DNA of 63,178 bases, filler included, from Choristocarpus tenellus KU-1152 (taxonomy: Eukaryota; Protista; Phaeophyceae), in NCBI GenBank assembly GCA_964200185.2. It is 12 parts of 12 records of this genome, joined end to end, with 100 filler letters (N's around TTAATTAATTAA, not from the genome) between each part and the next. Parts side by side here need not be neighbours in the genome. Positions count along the whole stretch, not along the records: positions 51,426 to 56,451 come from CAXNAD020012127.1; positions 56,552 to 60,488 come from CAXNAD020017049.1; positions 60,589 to 63,178 come from CAXNAD020026486.1; 9 more parts are not named here. The stretch is one strand, 5' to 3'. Every line of letters starts with the position of its first letter. Positions within the stretch are counted from its first letter, which is position 1. Of this stretch, positions 51,994 to 63,178 are shown piece after piece. Both the position numbers and the translations under genes were made by a program. A model generated the notes under the pieces. The model had not been told where the DNA came from, ran no database searches, and worked only from the letters and a program-made list of their open reading frames with translations.

Positions 51994-53953
51994 AGGTTTT
52001 TGAACCTCCAAAGTAATGACAGCCCATCATCTCAAACCTTGCACGCCTCTCAATCTATACGAGAACTAAGCCTCATCCAGAGGGTTTAACACATGGTGCA
52101 TTCCTGGACGACAATTGAGCTTGCAAAAGTTATGTTACATTAAATTTGAACGGAGGAATTACGTTGTAAGTTTAAGTATGAGAAGTAGTGAATTGCGAGA
52201 GCCTTTGAGAATGAGTCAGGGTAGTCTAGATCATAAATAGAAGATAAAAAATACTATCGAACATAGGTTAGTATCTGTCATTCGCTAGAGGTGAAGTGAT
52301 GGATATTGTTGGTAACTTTTGTCATACACCCCCCCCCATACCTTCTGCTCAGAATACGTCCATGAACTGTTGTCCAAACTGCTTGGTGGTGGATGTTCTC
52401 TTTCTCATCTTCCCCCCCAAGTACAGTCCCAAGGCGCTTACCCAGGGACACCTCCTACTGCTCTTTTGTTCTTGGAGTTGCTGTGGTACAATGACTACTT
52501 ACTACCTGGCGGAACTTCCCTTCCTCTTTCTCCCGCACCGCAACCCCCTCATGTTACCCATGCACAGCATTACTGTACACTGCTTTGCCCCATCCTGGCC
52601 ATAGAAGGTTGACAGTAGCCCACAATGATTGTTATATGTAACACAATGCAAGAGGAGTGCCCAACAGGGTATTATCTCTTGACGTCATTGTCCCAATAAG
52701 TTCGTTAGAGACCATGCAATTATCTGAATTGGGGAGTGTAGTTCTGTTGACAGAGTCTAAAGAAACCTTGCGGTATAGGGATGAAGCATACAGAACAGAA
52801 TATCGCAACCAGGAGAGAAAGAATGGGCATCTTCGCCTCATGTTAATTTAAGGAACAGATTGATACCAACACATCAACACAAATGGACCACAGATCACAC
52901 TACCTTCATCCTCTGCCCCTCCCTGTGGTTGGGTTGATTGGAGTGTGGATCACGCAGGTTCTACCGTCAATGTTTTCCCCGTGGGAAGGTCCGATGAAGG
53001 GAAGTTCTTATCCCCCATCCCACACAAACCGTGTGTTGAACCACACGTTCATGTTGTTAATTTTTCGTGCGAGGACTAATGTGTATAACAAATTGATACT
53101 ACTAAGGAATAATAATGATGGTGATGCGTATATTGGCTCTGACCAGGGGTTGGGGTAGTTCTGAACTCAACACATATTATTAATATATATTATTACCTTG
53201 TGTGACATTTTGTAGCTGTGTCAGGGGAAGACCCATTTCAATATCATAAGAACCCCTATAAAAGCAAGAGTTGTCGTAAATGTGGAAGGCATCTCTTTAG
53301 TTGTCTATTTACTATTTGACTACGAGCTATGGTACTCCACTCCCCTGCTATGTCTACAACCTAACTTACCCCTACACCATAAGATGAGGAGTTAGGAAAC
53401 ATCCCAAGAATCTACCAGATCCCCCTATTAATATTATGTTACGTTATTATGAGATCATTTTGATATTGAATTGACTTTTTCTCTGATACATACCCAAAAT
53501 GTTAAGCATAATATTATATACTATCCTACTCTATAGTATCCTACTCTATACTACGTATGTTGGGTTCTAATTCACTATTGTTTTATATTATTATTATCAA
53601 AAGATAACTTGGTCCGTCAAGATTGGTGATCTAAAAAAGAAGTTTAAGGAACACAATACATCCCTCACAAAACAATAGCATAATAATAAATATAGTACAA
53701 TAAGTATTTTCTCAATTCTAAAAGAAAACAAAAATGGTCTCTCTGTCATAAGCGCGTTTACCGCGAGCGGGCTGAATGGGCCAGTTTCGACAGAGAACCT
53801 TTTTCAAATATATTCTTCAATACAACTCAAAAATCATCTCTACTGGACAATTGAAGTGCTGGACTAGTCCTTTTCCCGTACAAAACAGGTAAGGTAGGTG
53901 TTTGACTCCCTAGAATCGCTCTCCAGTTTCACTCTTCGTGGGGCTAGGCCGTG

Positions 53954-55845
53954 ATGGCCTCGGTAGAAGTAGAGGTGAATGGCGCCATGCAGGAAGAACT
54001 GGAGGCTACGCAAGCTACCCTGGAAGCCCTGCAGCGGAACTTCGACGACTTTCAGGAGTCGAGCAGAGAGCTGGAGGAGGAATTGGAGGCCGAGCTAGGG
54101 AGGGTGAGCTAACCCGTGGGATTATGTGAACTCACTGTTGGGATGGTTAAATGTTGCGTGTAATGTTAATCTCTTCTGCGCAGCGACGAAACCTCAATGT
54201 AGAGACTTCCCGGCCTCATGTGCCAACTAACGCCAGCCTACCCCACAGTGAATGATGTTTTAACGTCTGATGCAAAGATTCACGAGCCCAAATGGAGAAG
54301 GTCTAATGATCAAATGAAGGCTTAAAACTACCCCTGGGGTTGTGAAGACAGGCGTGTTTGAGGATGACAGAGGATGAACGAATTCCACTCCAATACAACA
54401 GACACTGATTGTCCCCATCCCTATGACACTATTAATCTCTCGGCACCCCTCTTGTGTCATTTCAGGCACAGGAGAGTATTTCCGAGCTCACAAATCGCAC
54501 GGCCGATCTGGCAGCGAGATTAGGGGACCAGCAAGCCAAGAACCGAACCCTGAGCAGCGAGGTGGGTTGATGCATGAGGGTGGGGGGCAGCGACCATTCT
54601 ACCCTAAATTTGCATTGGAATTCACTTAGCACGAACCGAGCGGGAGAGTATCCAAAACGATTTTCCTGCTAGACCACTCCGTCTCCTGGGAATAGTGATT
54701 TCTACAGGGCTATCGTCCATATTGTCGATTGAAGTGTCGCCTTTTCTTTGTGAGATGTTCAGGCTAATCTAGCTCCTTCATTCATTTGCTGCAGGCCGAG
54801 GCAGTAATTGAACGGGGTACGGGTGGGGCATGTGTTGCAGTCCCGTTCAAGGAAAGGTGACCTTTCGAAGCTTTTCGCGTTACCCCTTGATACCCAGGTT
54901 GAATTTCACAAGCTGCCCTCAAATATGGGCTTGAGAGTTTGAGGAATGTCTCAAAAACCTCTGATTGAGCTAACCCTCGCGTACATATCGTGGAATCAGC
55001 CCTGCTATCCCTATTTCTCAATATGGACTAAGCATCAAACTACTTCTTTATGCTCCTCTTCAATCATTTCACATGCTTATCCGAAGCCCAACAATGCTTA
55101 TGTATATACTTCAATGTATATTGTATTGTATAATATTTTATACATTACCCTGACCCTTTGACATTTTCCTCAACAGCTCCTACACCCTTGAGACTAGTCC
55201 AAAACTGCAACCACAAGCCCGACACCAGTGTGCACCCATTTACCTTACACCCTAACCTTAGCCCTAACCCTAATTCGAGCCCTGAAGTAGTCCTTCAGGC
55301 CTTGGGTGTCTGTTCACTTTGTGACAGTCCCCTGCTATTTCTACTCACTTGAATAAAAGAAATGATGAGCGTTTTGGAGTGTGGATGTCTGTCACGAATG
55401 CTATTTTGCTGTCTTCTTTTCGTGAGTTCAACATATATCCCAGCAAGACCTTTTTTTTTTTGCAGAACTCCCACCCCTTTCCTATAACTCCCTCTCTCCT
55501 CTTTCCACCCTACCCCCCCGTACCATANNNNNNNNNNCCCCCCGCAAATACAAATTTGAATCTTGTCTATAATATAATGTGAAGTGAATGGAAATGTTTA
55601 TACCTTTTCATTTTTCCAAACAAGATATTAAAAAAGGGGAGTGAATTTTGAGATACAATGGAACAGTTACAAATTGTTCTATCCTTTCCACTGTGTGCGA
55701 AACAGGTGGCCGCTGCACAGGCTGAGAATAGCCGGCTGAGGTTGGCAGCAGCCCAGAGCTCCAAGGACAAGGCGACCCTAGAGCAGGCTGTGGATGAGCT
55801 CGAGGAACAGTGCAGGGGTGCCAAGGCGGCAGAAGAAGACTTTCG
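53954..55845 (+). CDS. nudE: NudE/NDE1/NDEL1-like coiled-coil dynein regulator, 3' incomplete; exons 53954-54103, 54466-54561, 55706-55845
   Basis: Translation: MASVEVEVNGAMQEELEATQATLEALQRNFDDFQESSRELEEELEAELGR-AQESISELTNRTADLAARLGDQQAKNRTLSSE-VAAAQAENSRLRLAAAQSSKDKATLEQAVDELEEQCRGAKAAEEDFR. It contains the NudE hallmark FQESSRELExELE and an LEQxxDxLE motif. GT-AG introns, phases 0,0. Confidence 0.8.
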
Positions 55846-55979
55846 GTGGGTGGTACACTGCGTTCGAGGAAGAGAAGAGGGGGTGTTTGGGTATGGTTGG
55901 GTAATGTTGGGTAGTGTAAAACAAGAAAGAGAGTGAACCGGTGATGGCAGGTGATATTGTACAAAAGGAATCGACATTA

Positions 55980-56013
<34 letters not shown>

Positions 56014-56150
56014 TAGAAATTGATGTATAGAAATTGATACTGGCTTTTATGAACCTGCGATTCAATCGGTTTGTCTTGTGCATGATCGTAGTAAACATTC
56101 ATTGTGTGTATACTCTCTCTCTCTCTCTCTCTCTCTCCCTCCCTCTCTCA

Positions 56151-56183
<33 letters not shown>

Positions 56184-57472
56184 AGAGGCAAAGGAGAGTG
56201 GTGTGCGGGATGAAAACAGAGGGTAGTATATGAGGGGAAGTTAAGTTAGTTCAGGGGAAGAGGAGTCGGGACACGTGGTGTCTGAGGTGCAAACAGAGGG
56301 GGAGTAAATGGCACTGGGCGTGTGTTTTCTCTGTCGGAGTGTGTGTGTGTGTTCGTGTGTGTTCAATGTTTTTTTTTTTTTGTTCAGTTTTTTTTTTTTT
56401 TTTTTCCCTTTTGGGGGGCTTCTTCAAAGGGGGGGAGTTGGGAGGGTTTCCNNNNNNNNNNNNNNNNNNNNNNNNNNNNNNNNNNNNNNNNNNNNTTAAT
56501 TAATTAANNNNNNNNNNNNNNNNNNNNNNNNNNNNNNNNNNNNNNNNNNNNCCGGTGATTCTCTTCACCACCCTTGCCTGAGTGAACCACGCCGCCACAG
56601 AATCACACGATTCACATTATTCCTACTAATAATGCTAATAATAAAATTAAAATAAAGTATATTTTCTACCTGCTAGAGAATGCCCCCACCTCACCCAAGA
56701 ATGTTTCTTTTTTGTCCAGGTACTACAAAATCCTTCGTATTTTTGTTCTTATTTTGTACTATTGTTGTACTATACACACGCACGCACACACACACACATG
56801 GCTGGTGAGAGAGTGTCGTGTCTAGGTCTGCTGGTTGTGTTTGGGGAGATGGCAGTGAGCTAGTTGTGTTGCCCACAACAACTAACTGCTCGTAGTAGAA
56901 ATATGTCGGACTCTATTGCTCTGGGCAGCCCAGAGCACCCCCAAACGTGCGTGCGATGGGTGGACCCACCTGTTTTAGGTTTAAAAATCACCTGAAGTAA
57001 ATAAACAGAAACGCAATCAGACTATTTTTCCTGTAATGAATACACACAATAGATAGATGAGGCAAAGTAAATCCATCAAAATGGTGGGGAACACCAAGCA
57101 TAGATAGGCTGATGAAGAGTTCCAGCAGTTAACCTATCACGGTGCTATACTCACACAGTCAGAGCTACTACTATATGTGCCCACCCATGTGTGAGAAAGG
57201 CTTACGCTACCTGATCACTCCCTTTTGGATGAAACAGTTAGAAGAAGATACACTAAACAAAACTCCTACTTCCCAACCCAAACCCCAAACCATGGTACCC
57301 TGCCTCCCTGCGCCAATTGTTTCGGGGCATCGTCGTCCATGACTTTATAGGAAAAAGCGACTGGGAGCCGAAGTAAACAAGGGATACCCTGTTTTTGACC
57401 GTTTTGCATCAAATGTCCGCTTTTCAACCTTTCCCAATTCACCCGTATGTCTATGGATGAAGTTCTAAGTTT

Positions 57473-57727
57473 AAGTCAAAGTATCTTAGAGGGTAGGGCC
57501 GCGTCCGTTTGGGGGCCAAAATCCAATGTTGTGATTATGATGTAATTTTAGCTATCATGTTTGTTAGGAAGTGTCAATATCCTTGTTGCGGACACACCTT
57601 TTCATACCTTACACATTGTACCTACTCCGAAATGTCTTGGAGTAGGTTCAACGCCATTAAAAAGTCCATGGGAAGCCAAGCCCCAAACGGATGGAGGAAA
57701 ACTCGTACCCTCTATGATACTTAACTC
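57473..57727 (+). mobile_element. MITE family B copy, TSD TTT
   Basis: ttt|aagtcaaagtatcttagaggg...ccctctatgatacttaactc|ttt. Confidence 0.88.
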
Positions 57728-58062
57728 TTTGACTTGAGAGCGTTCATTTCTCTATCGTTTTTAACTTTTTCGACACCATTCACAAAACTTCCTACACACA
57801 CTTGTAACACCCCCCAAATACGCGCATATTTGTCAGCATCCTTAGAACTTATCAAAGAAAATACAGACACTAAAACACATAGAAGATCGGGGGGGGGGGG
57901 GGGGGGCACATGAAAAAAGGAGTCCCTGTTTTTTAAAAGGATTTTGTAAAGGTTGGGGGGGGGGGGGTGGAGAAAAAGAGNNNNNNNNNNCACACCCCCG
58001 CCAACGTCCTGCCGATATGCTCCATCAAGAGGATAAGAGCAAAGGCAAGCGAACAAGAACGG

Positions 58063-58100
<38 letters not shown>

Positions 58101-58139
58101 TGCAACAAGGAGTACCGCTTGTTTAACAGGATTTTGTAA

Positions 58140-59150
58140 CGCTTGTGGGAGAGTGTGTGCTGACCTAAGCTACAAAATGTTAGACATTTATCGTTTTGGG
58201 CGTCTAACAACTTCGACAGCAATCCCTCGCTTCCAGAAAACACTGGAAAAAGGGGAACGACAACATTTGACGCTTCTGGATAAACCCTTTTCTAGAGATT
58301 GGACTGGACAGCACTGGTCCATCCAAAGCAAATTATACCAGTTTTGTACTTGTTGTCCGGCTCACCATCTCTACTCATCCATTGGGAGATCCCTGATTCC
58401 TGCCATCTTCAAAACAGTCTTGTCAGTCAGGATAGTACACTTCAAAACAGTACAATCACCTTTCTATGATTCATTCCACAACCAATTCATACATGGTGTT
58501 GCACCTTTCCTGGCACAATATATACACATAATTGTTTGGGGTTGTGGAATAGATTCAGTTTCAGTGTGTCTTGTGATACACACAGCCTTTGACACACAGG
58601 GACAACTAATACCAATAGTAGATGTATCCCTTAAGTCCTGGACAATTTTCACACTACAAATGACTTGTTCCTACGAGTTTCTTCCAGTAGCCTTCATAGC
58701 ATGTCACCAAACAAATCTTCAGATTCGACACATACATGCCCACAAATATTTTCCAGCATTGTGGTGAACATGATTGGTGGAATCAGGTTTAGATCCTTTT
58801 TGTGAATGTTGCACACAAGAGTCATTCCATCACGAAAAATAAACCGACCCAAATACTTCCGTAAATCGATCTGATCCGATCGATCTGGGTCGATAACCTG
58901 CAAACACATTCACATATGTATGTGTGTCCATCACTGCACAAGTGAGACTCTCTTGAGATACGCCATGAGTTTCAAGCTAGAAACACCAAGTAGATGGGCA
59001 AGAAGGAAGGGGCCCCTGTCAGATCCTTTCAATGACTCTCTTACCAGATTTTTTTTTTTTTCATTCCAGGTTTCTGTTTCATAATATTGATCATTGTAAC
59101 AACGTAGAAATTTCTTCAAGCGTTCACCAGGCAATGGCATAAAACATACA
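58140..59150 (-). pseudogene. Decayed intronless coding relic, possibly D5-like primase-helicase of viral/Polinton origin
   Basis: Frame-broken motifs appear in plausible order: YVNVFAGYRP, DLNLIPPIMFTTMLENICG, PQTIMCIYCARKGA...NWL, QVQNWYNLLWMDQ. There are many stops and no intact Walker A. Confidence 0.3.
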
Positions 59151-60950
59151 CCAAGTCCTTCCTCGCAGTACTAGTGTTAGTACTGGAACTTTGTAGTGTA
59201 ATAATAAAACACTAACTTTGTAGTGTAATAATGAAACACTAAACAACACTCCCCTCGCCTTCCAACCTACCGTAACTTCTACACACCCAGAGTGCTACAG
59301 AGCACACCCCCCACAACAAGTAATCAATGCACAAAATAAAAAAGAACGTCTATCAATCCATCCAAAGCCTGTGCACACACTCACTCACTCAGTCACACCT
59401 AACCCTAACCCTTCATCATACCACACACCAATCAACCAGAAGACACACTACAGGTGGATGCTGTGTGTCTGTGTTTGTGTGTGCTCTCTATTGAGTATCT
59501 TGGGTACTCAACATTGTGTCAAAGTCTATGTATGGCTCGTAATGAGAGACAGCCAAATCCAGCCGAACCAAGTCTTCCTTGTGGAGTTTTGGGGTGTAGC
59601 TGCACAGACATCCCAGGAAAAACACCAGGCATTTAAAAGCAAAGGATCGGTGGGGGGGGGGGGGAGGTTGAGTGTGCCTGCATTTGTGTATGACGCCTAT
59701 GTTGATGTGGCTATCTATGGTAGGGATGATCAGTCCTCCCNNNNNNNNNNGTTGGGGTGTTTGGGGGTTACGGGGAAAGGGCAGCGCAAGAAAAACCAAG
59801 GGGTGAAAAAAGAAAAGGGTGGGGGGGGGGGGGGGGGGAGGTTGAGTGTGCCTGCATTTGTGTATGACGCCTATGTTGATGGGGCTATCTATGGTAGGGA
59901 AGCTCACTCCTCCCCTATAAAAAAACCCTGTCACTCAGATCACCTCCAAGTATACGTGAGTAGCTACATCATCCCAGAATACATACATAATGACTTGTTG
60001 TAACTGAGTTAGCTCTTTAATGCAAGAATACACTTACCTACAAAACAAACGCCTCCTTTATGCACAATGTGATCATTTCTTCAATTAATGTGCTCTGACT
60101 CTCACCCCTACTACACAACCCAATCAATTGATGGATGACACACACCATCGGTTAGAAGCACGCAACCACCTTTGGTATGACACACAACCACCTGTGGGAC
60201 TCAAATTTTGCCATACCTTCACTCAAGGACAAAGCGCATTGGTGGGGATATAAAAAAAAAACTCTCAATTCCCAGTCAGTTCAGACTGCCCAGTGTCTTC
60301 AGCATTGAGAAACAAAAAAGGGCTTGGTGGGCATTAGGGCTAGGGTCAAAAAACGCCTGATGAGTACAACCACAAAATAAATTAAATCCACATCCATTCT
60401 AGGGAGGGGGGGGGGGGGGGGGGGCATGGTTTTTTCCCACCGCAACCCCCCCCCCACACCCCCAACCCCCCCCCCCCCCCACCCCTTCNNNNNNNNNNNN
60501 NNNNNNNNNNNNNNNNNNNNNNNNNNNNNNNNTTAATTAATTAANNNNNNNNNNNNNNNNNNNNNNNNNNNNNNNNNNNNNNNNNNNNGCTAAGAATAGC
60601 TCTGTTCACATCCTCCCTTAGGTACCTGTTGAGTAGACTCTCGCACCCCCCCCCCCCATAGATTGTCTTTCATTACTCTGTGGCAAGTTCAACACGACAC
60701 TTGTATAGATGATGGTTATCCACAAGGGATGCCAACAGTGCTCCTCGCTTGACAGTGCCACAAGGGATGCCCAAATTTCAAGAGTAGTGGGGTAAGCAGT
60801 GTGTTGAAGTATCTGAGAAGGGGGGTGGGGTGCTGCTGAGTTTCAAGGGCCCGTCCGACTTACTTTCTGGTGACACATTTGTGAACATATAGGAGTTCGT
60901 AGGTGTGGATTGTGTCTAGTGTGTTTTGTGAGTGCATACAGATTGGTGAG

Positions 60951-61203
60951 GTCCTCATTCATAGCGTGGAAGAAGTAGTGGGATCGATGCAGACATTAAC
61001 CATATCTTTTTATTGTCCTCATTCATAGCATGGAAGAAGTAGTGGGATCGATGCAGACATTAACCATATCTTTTTATTGTCCTCATTCATAGCATGGAAG
61101 AAGTAGTGGGATCGATGCAGACATTAACCATATCTTTTTGTTTTCCTTATCCTTAACTTGGAAGAAGTAGTGGGATCGATACCCTCATTCACCATATCTT
61201 TTT
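60951..61203 (+). repeat. Tandem repeat, 64-bp unit, 3 near-perfect copies plus a degenerate fourth
   Basis: Units start at 60951, 61015 and 61079 (gtcctcattcatagc.tggaagaagtagtgggatcgatgcagacattaaccatatctttttatt). Confidence 0.92.
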
Positions 61204-62097
61204 TCGATTTATTGTCCGATGAGTCTACATTTTCATAATAGTACTACTACTACTGCTGAGGAAAATTGTATGTGTGTGTGTTTTTTTTTAACATAAATAA
61301 TAATATAACGCACGAGATATTCATAATATCATCATTCTTTATAATGTTTTTGTCTTTAAAACAATGTTGGAAATAACCATAAAATCTTTCGAAATGGCTG
61401 GTACAAACCCCCTGCCGGGTGTGTTGAATCGGAAGTGTTTTTTTTAGTTACACAAGAAAAGGGGGGTGTTTGAAGGCGTAGGGTTGAAAAATGATCTTAC
61501 GTCAAATGTATCAAGTTTTGTTTTGAAAAGAGTGAAGAATGGAAAAGGGGGGGGGGAGGGGGGGAAGGGGGGGGGGGGAGGATAGTAGTGTTTATCTTCA
61601 AAATGAGATGAGGAGACTGCAGCTTTTGTATGGGGGTGTATAGGTTGTATATCTGTGTTACACTAAGATGAGCTTTGTAACTAGAAGTAGTGCTGTGAAG
61701 TCTATCTAAATGTTATGTGGTGTTGGCTTGTTTTTTGGAGGGGATTGCCTCTGTGCATGGTGAGTGTTGACAAGAGATGTAACTGACAAGATTTTGCTAA
61801 AAAAAAAATCACTTCACACTTTGAAAGTAAAACAAATGTGTTGTGCCATGCAAACGTGTGGAAAAATGTTAATAAAAGTGTAAATGATTATGTTAATATT
61901 CTTTAGTGTTTTTTAGTGTTATTTAATTCCCTCCCCCCTTCCCTATTGTGTTCCCAACAAAGGTACAAATTAGAGAATAATAAAATTGAATATATATTAT
62001 TTTTTAATTACGAAGGTGTGCAAGGTGTACAGCCCCCATCCTTTGCTTTGCTTTGCTTTGGTTTACTTCAATTCTCCCCCCCCCCTTGCAAACTAAG

Positions 62098-62265
62098 GTT
62101 GCACGGGTTGCGTTTGGTACATGGGGGGCTGGGTTAACAACTTTTTTGCTGCTGATACTATCAGTTTTTGTGCTGATTGCTTACATGGTTTTGGTGAGGG
62201 ACATATGGGCTGGTTTGGTTGGTTACGCACTGGATGTGGAGCTGGATGGGATGGAGTCAAATCAG
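62098..62265 (+). CDS. Internal exon of an AAAP/SLC38-type amino-acid transporter (Aa_trans)
   Basis: Polypyrimidine tract with aag acceptor and cag|gtgctt donor. The 56-aa hydrophobic exon VARVAFGTWGAGLTTFLLLILSVFVLIAYMVLVRDIWAGLVG... matches the ..AFG..G....IAY..L..D helix pattern of the family. Confidence 0.7.
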
Positions 62266-63178
62266 GTGCTTCCTATCTCTGTGGCTTGGTTTGTTGAATG
62301 GTGATGATTGGTTGACTGGCTTCTGCTAGAGCTGCTTGGGCACTCTGAAACAATGCTGTAAGACAATGCTGTAAGATTGTGCAAAGAGGTACTGGGTTGG
62401 CTAGTAGTTGCTTAACCGGGGTTGACTATTTGATTGGTTGATTGGTGTGATTAGGAAGTGTGAACTGTGAACAAAGTGTGACTGTAGGCTGTGTTGTTGA
62501 CATCACCAATGGATATCTTGATGTATGAAATGAATGGCACTCATTGGCTAGTTACTTACTCAATGGGCCAATTGGGTTGTAGAGGCTCTCGATATTCGTC
62601 CCCATGGATAGGCTGACTCTCTCCTTTTAAACGTCTTTTGGGAACTTTCTGTGAGGACACACACACATAGTACTGAGAACCATGCTTGTTCGATATTAGG
62701 GCGGGGGGGGGGGGGGGCAAAAGAACTGAACTGAACTGAACTGTGCTTGGATTATGTTTTGAACTTACTTAGAGTTGACCAACAATCATTCAGACAGGTT
62801 CAGGTAAATGTCTTTGTCTCATCCCAGAGAGCACCTGTAAGAAGGTGCTGAATTAGAGTTAACCAGCAATCATTGAACCAATCTCCGCGCTGGACTGTCC
62901 GGATGTGGTACCCCTTGATTTTGTTTATTATTTTCTGACAGAAGGGTTAGAAATAGTGTGTCATTAGATTTTGTGTGCGCGTGTGGCTTGATACTGTTTT
63001 ATTTTATTTTTATTTTATTGTTAATTTTTATTTTAAAGTATTGATTACAATTCGGCGTTTGCGTTGTGAAAAAATTGTGTTTTTTTTGTTGTTGTTGTCT
63101 GGAAAGGAAAAAAAAATGGAGTATTGAAGACCTCAACTGACTCAACAACCTTTAGAGATTTAAAGGTCACTTGGGGGG

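Noticed and set aside
57888-58140. Direct duplication around poly-G tracts (also 59650-59910)
   Set aside because: Each pair straddles a 10-N scaffold gap and one copy is a degraded poly-G-rich version. This is typical of unmerged low-quality contig overlaps.
57967-58767. 266-aa plus-strand ORF
   Set aside because: It starts in gap and poly-G artefact sequence and has no recognisable domain. It is more likely the antisense shadow of the decayed minus-strand coding relic.
60951-61203. Regularly spaced repeats as a CRISPR array
   Set aside because: The units are contiguous 64-bp tandem copies with no unique spacers, there are no cas genes and the context is eukaryotic.

Overview
This is eukaryotic nuclear DNA from a photosynthetic stramenopile (ochrophyte). 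A brown alga or close relative is plausible but not proven. The window is not one locus: it is 12 short contigs joined by artificial 100-bp linkers (N44-TTAATTAATTAA-N44), so adjacency across linkers carries no meaning. Intron-split genes reconstructed with phase-consistent splice sites are THF1/Psb29 (6054-8662, +), a large Ser/Pro-rich protein ending in a bactofilin beta-helix domain (18534-23727, +, 3' incomplete), a PfkB sugar kinase with a GC-AG intron (25711-27634, -), a 275-aa orphan with a probable plastid presequence (29338-31887, -), a NudE/NDE1-like dynein regulator (53954-55845, +) and one exon of an amino-acid transporter (62098-62265, +). The rest is repeat-rich. It holds three MITE families sharing a CAAAGTATCT terminal core (3-bp TSDs visible for families A and B), further MITE and foldback families, decayed mariner (DD39D-type), pogo and RTE-like LINE remnants, a possible D5-like primase-helicase relic and many short interstitial TTAGGG tracts. 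The most notable observation is the spliced eukaryotic bactofilin with a ~510-aa low-complexity N-terminal extension.
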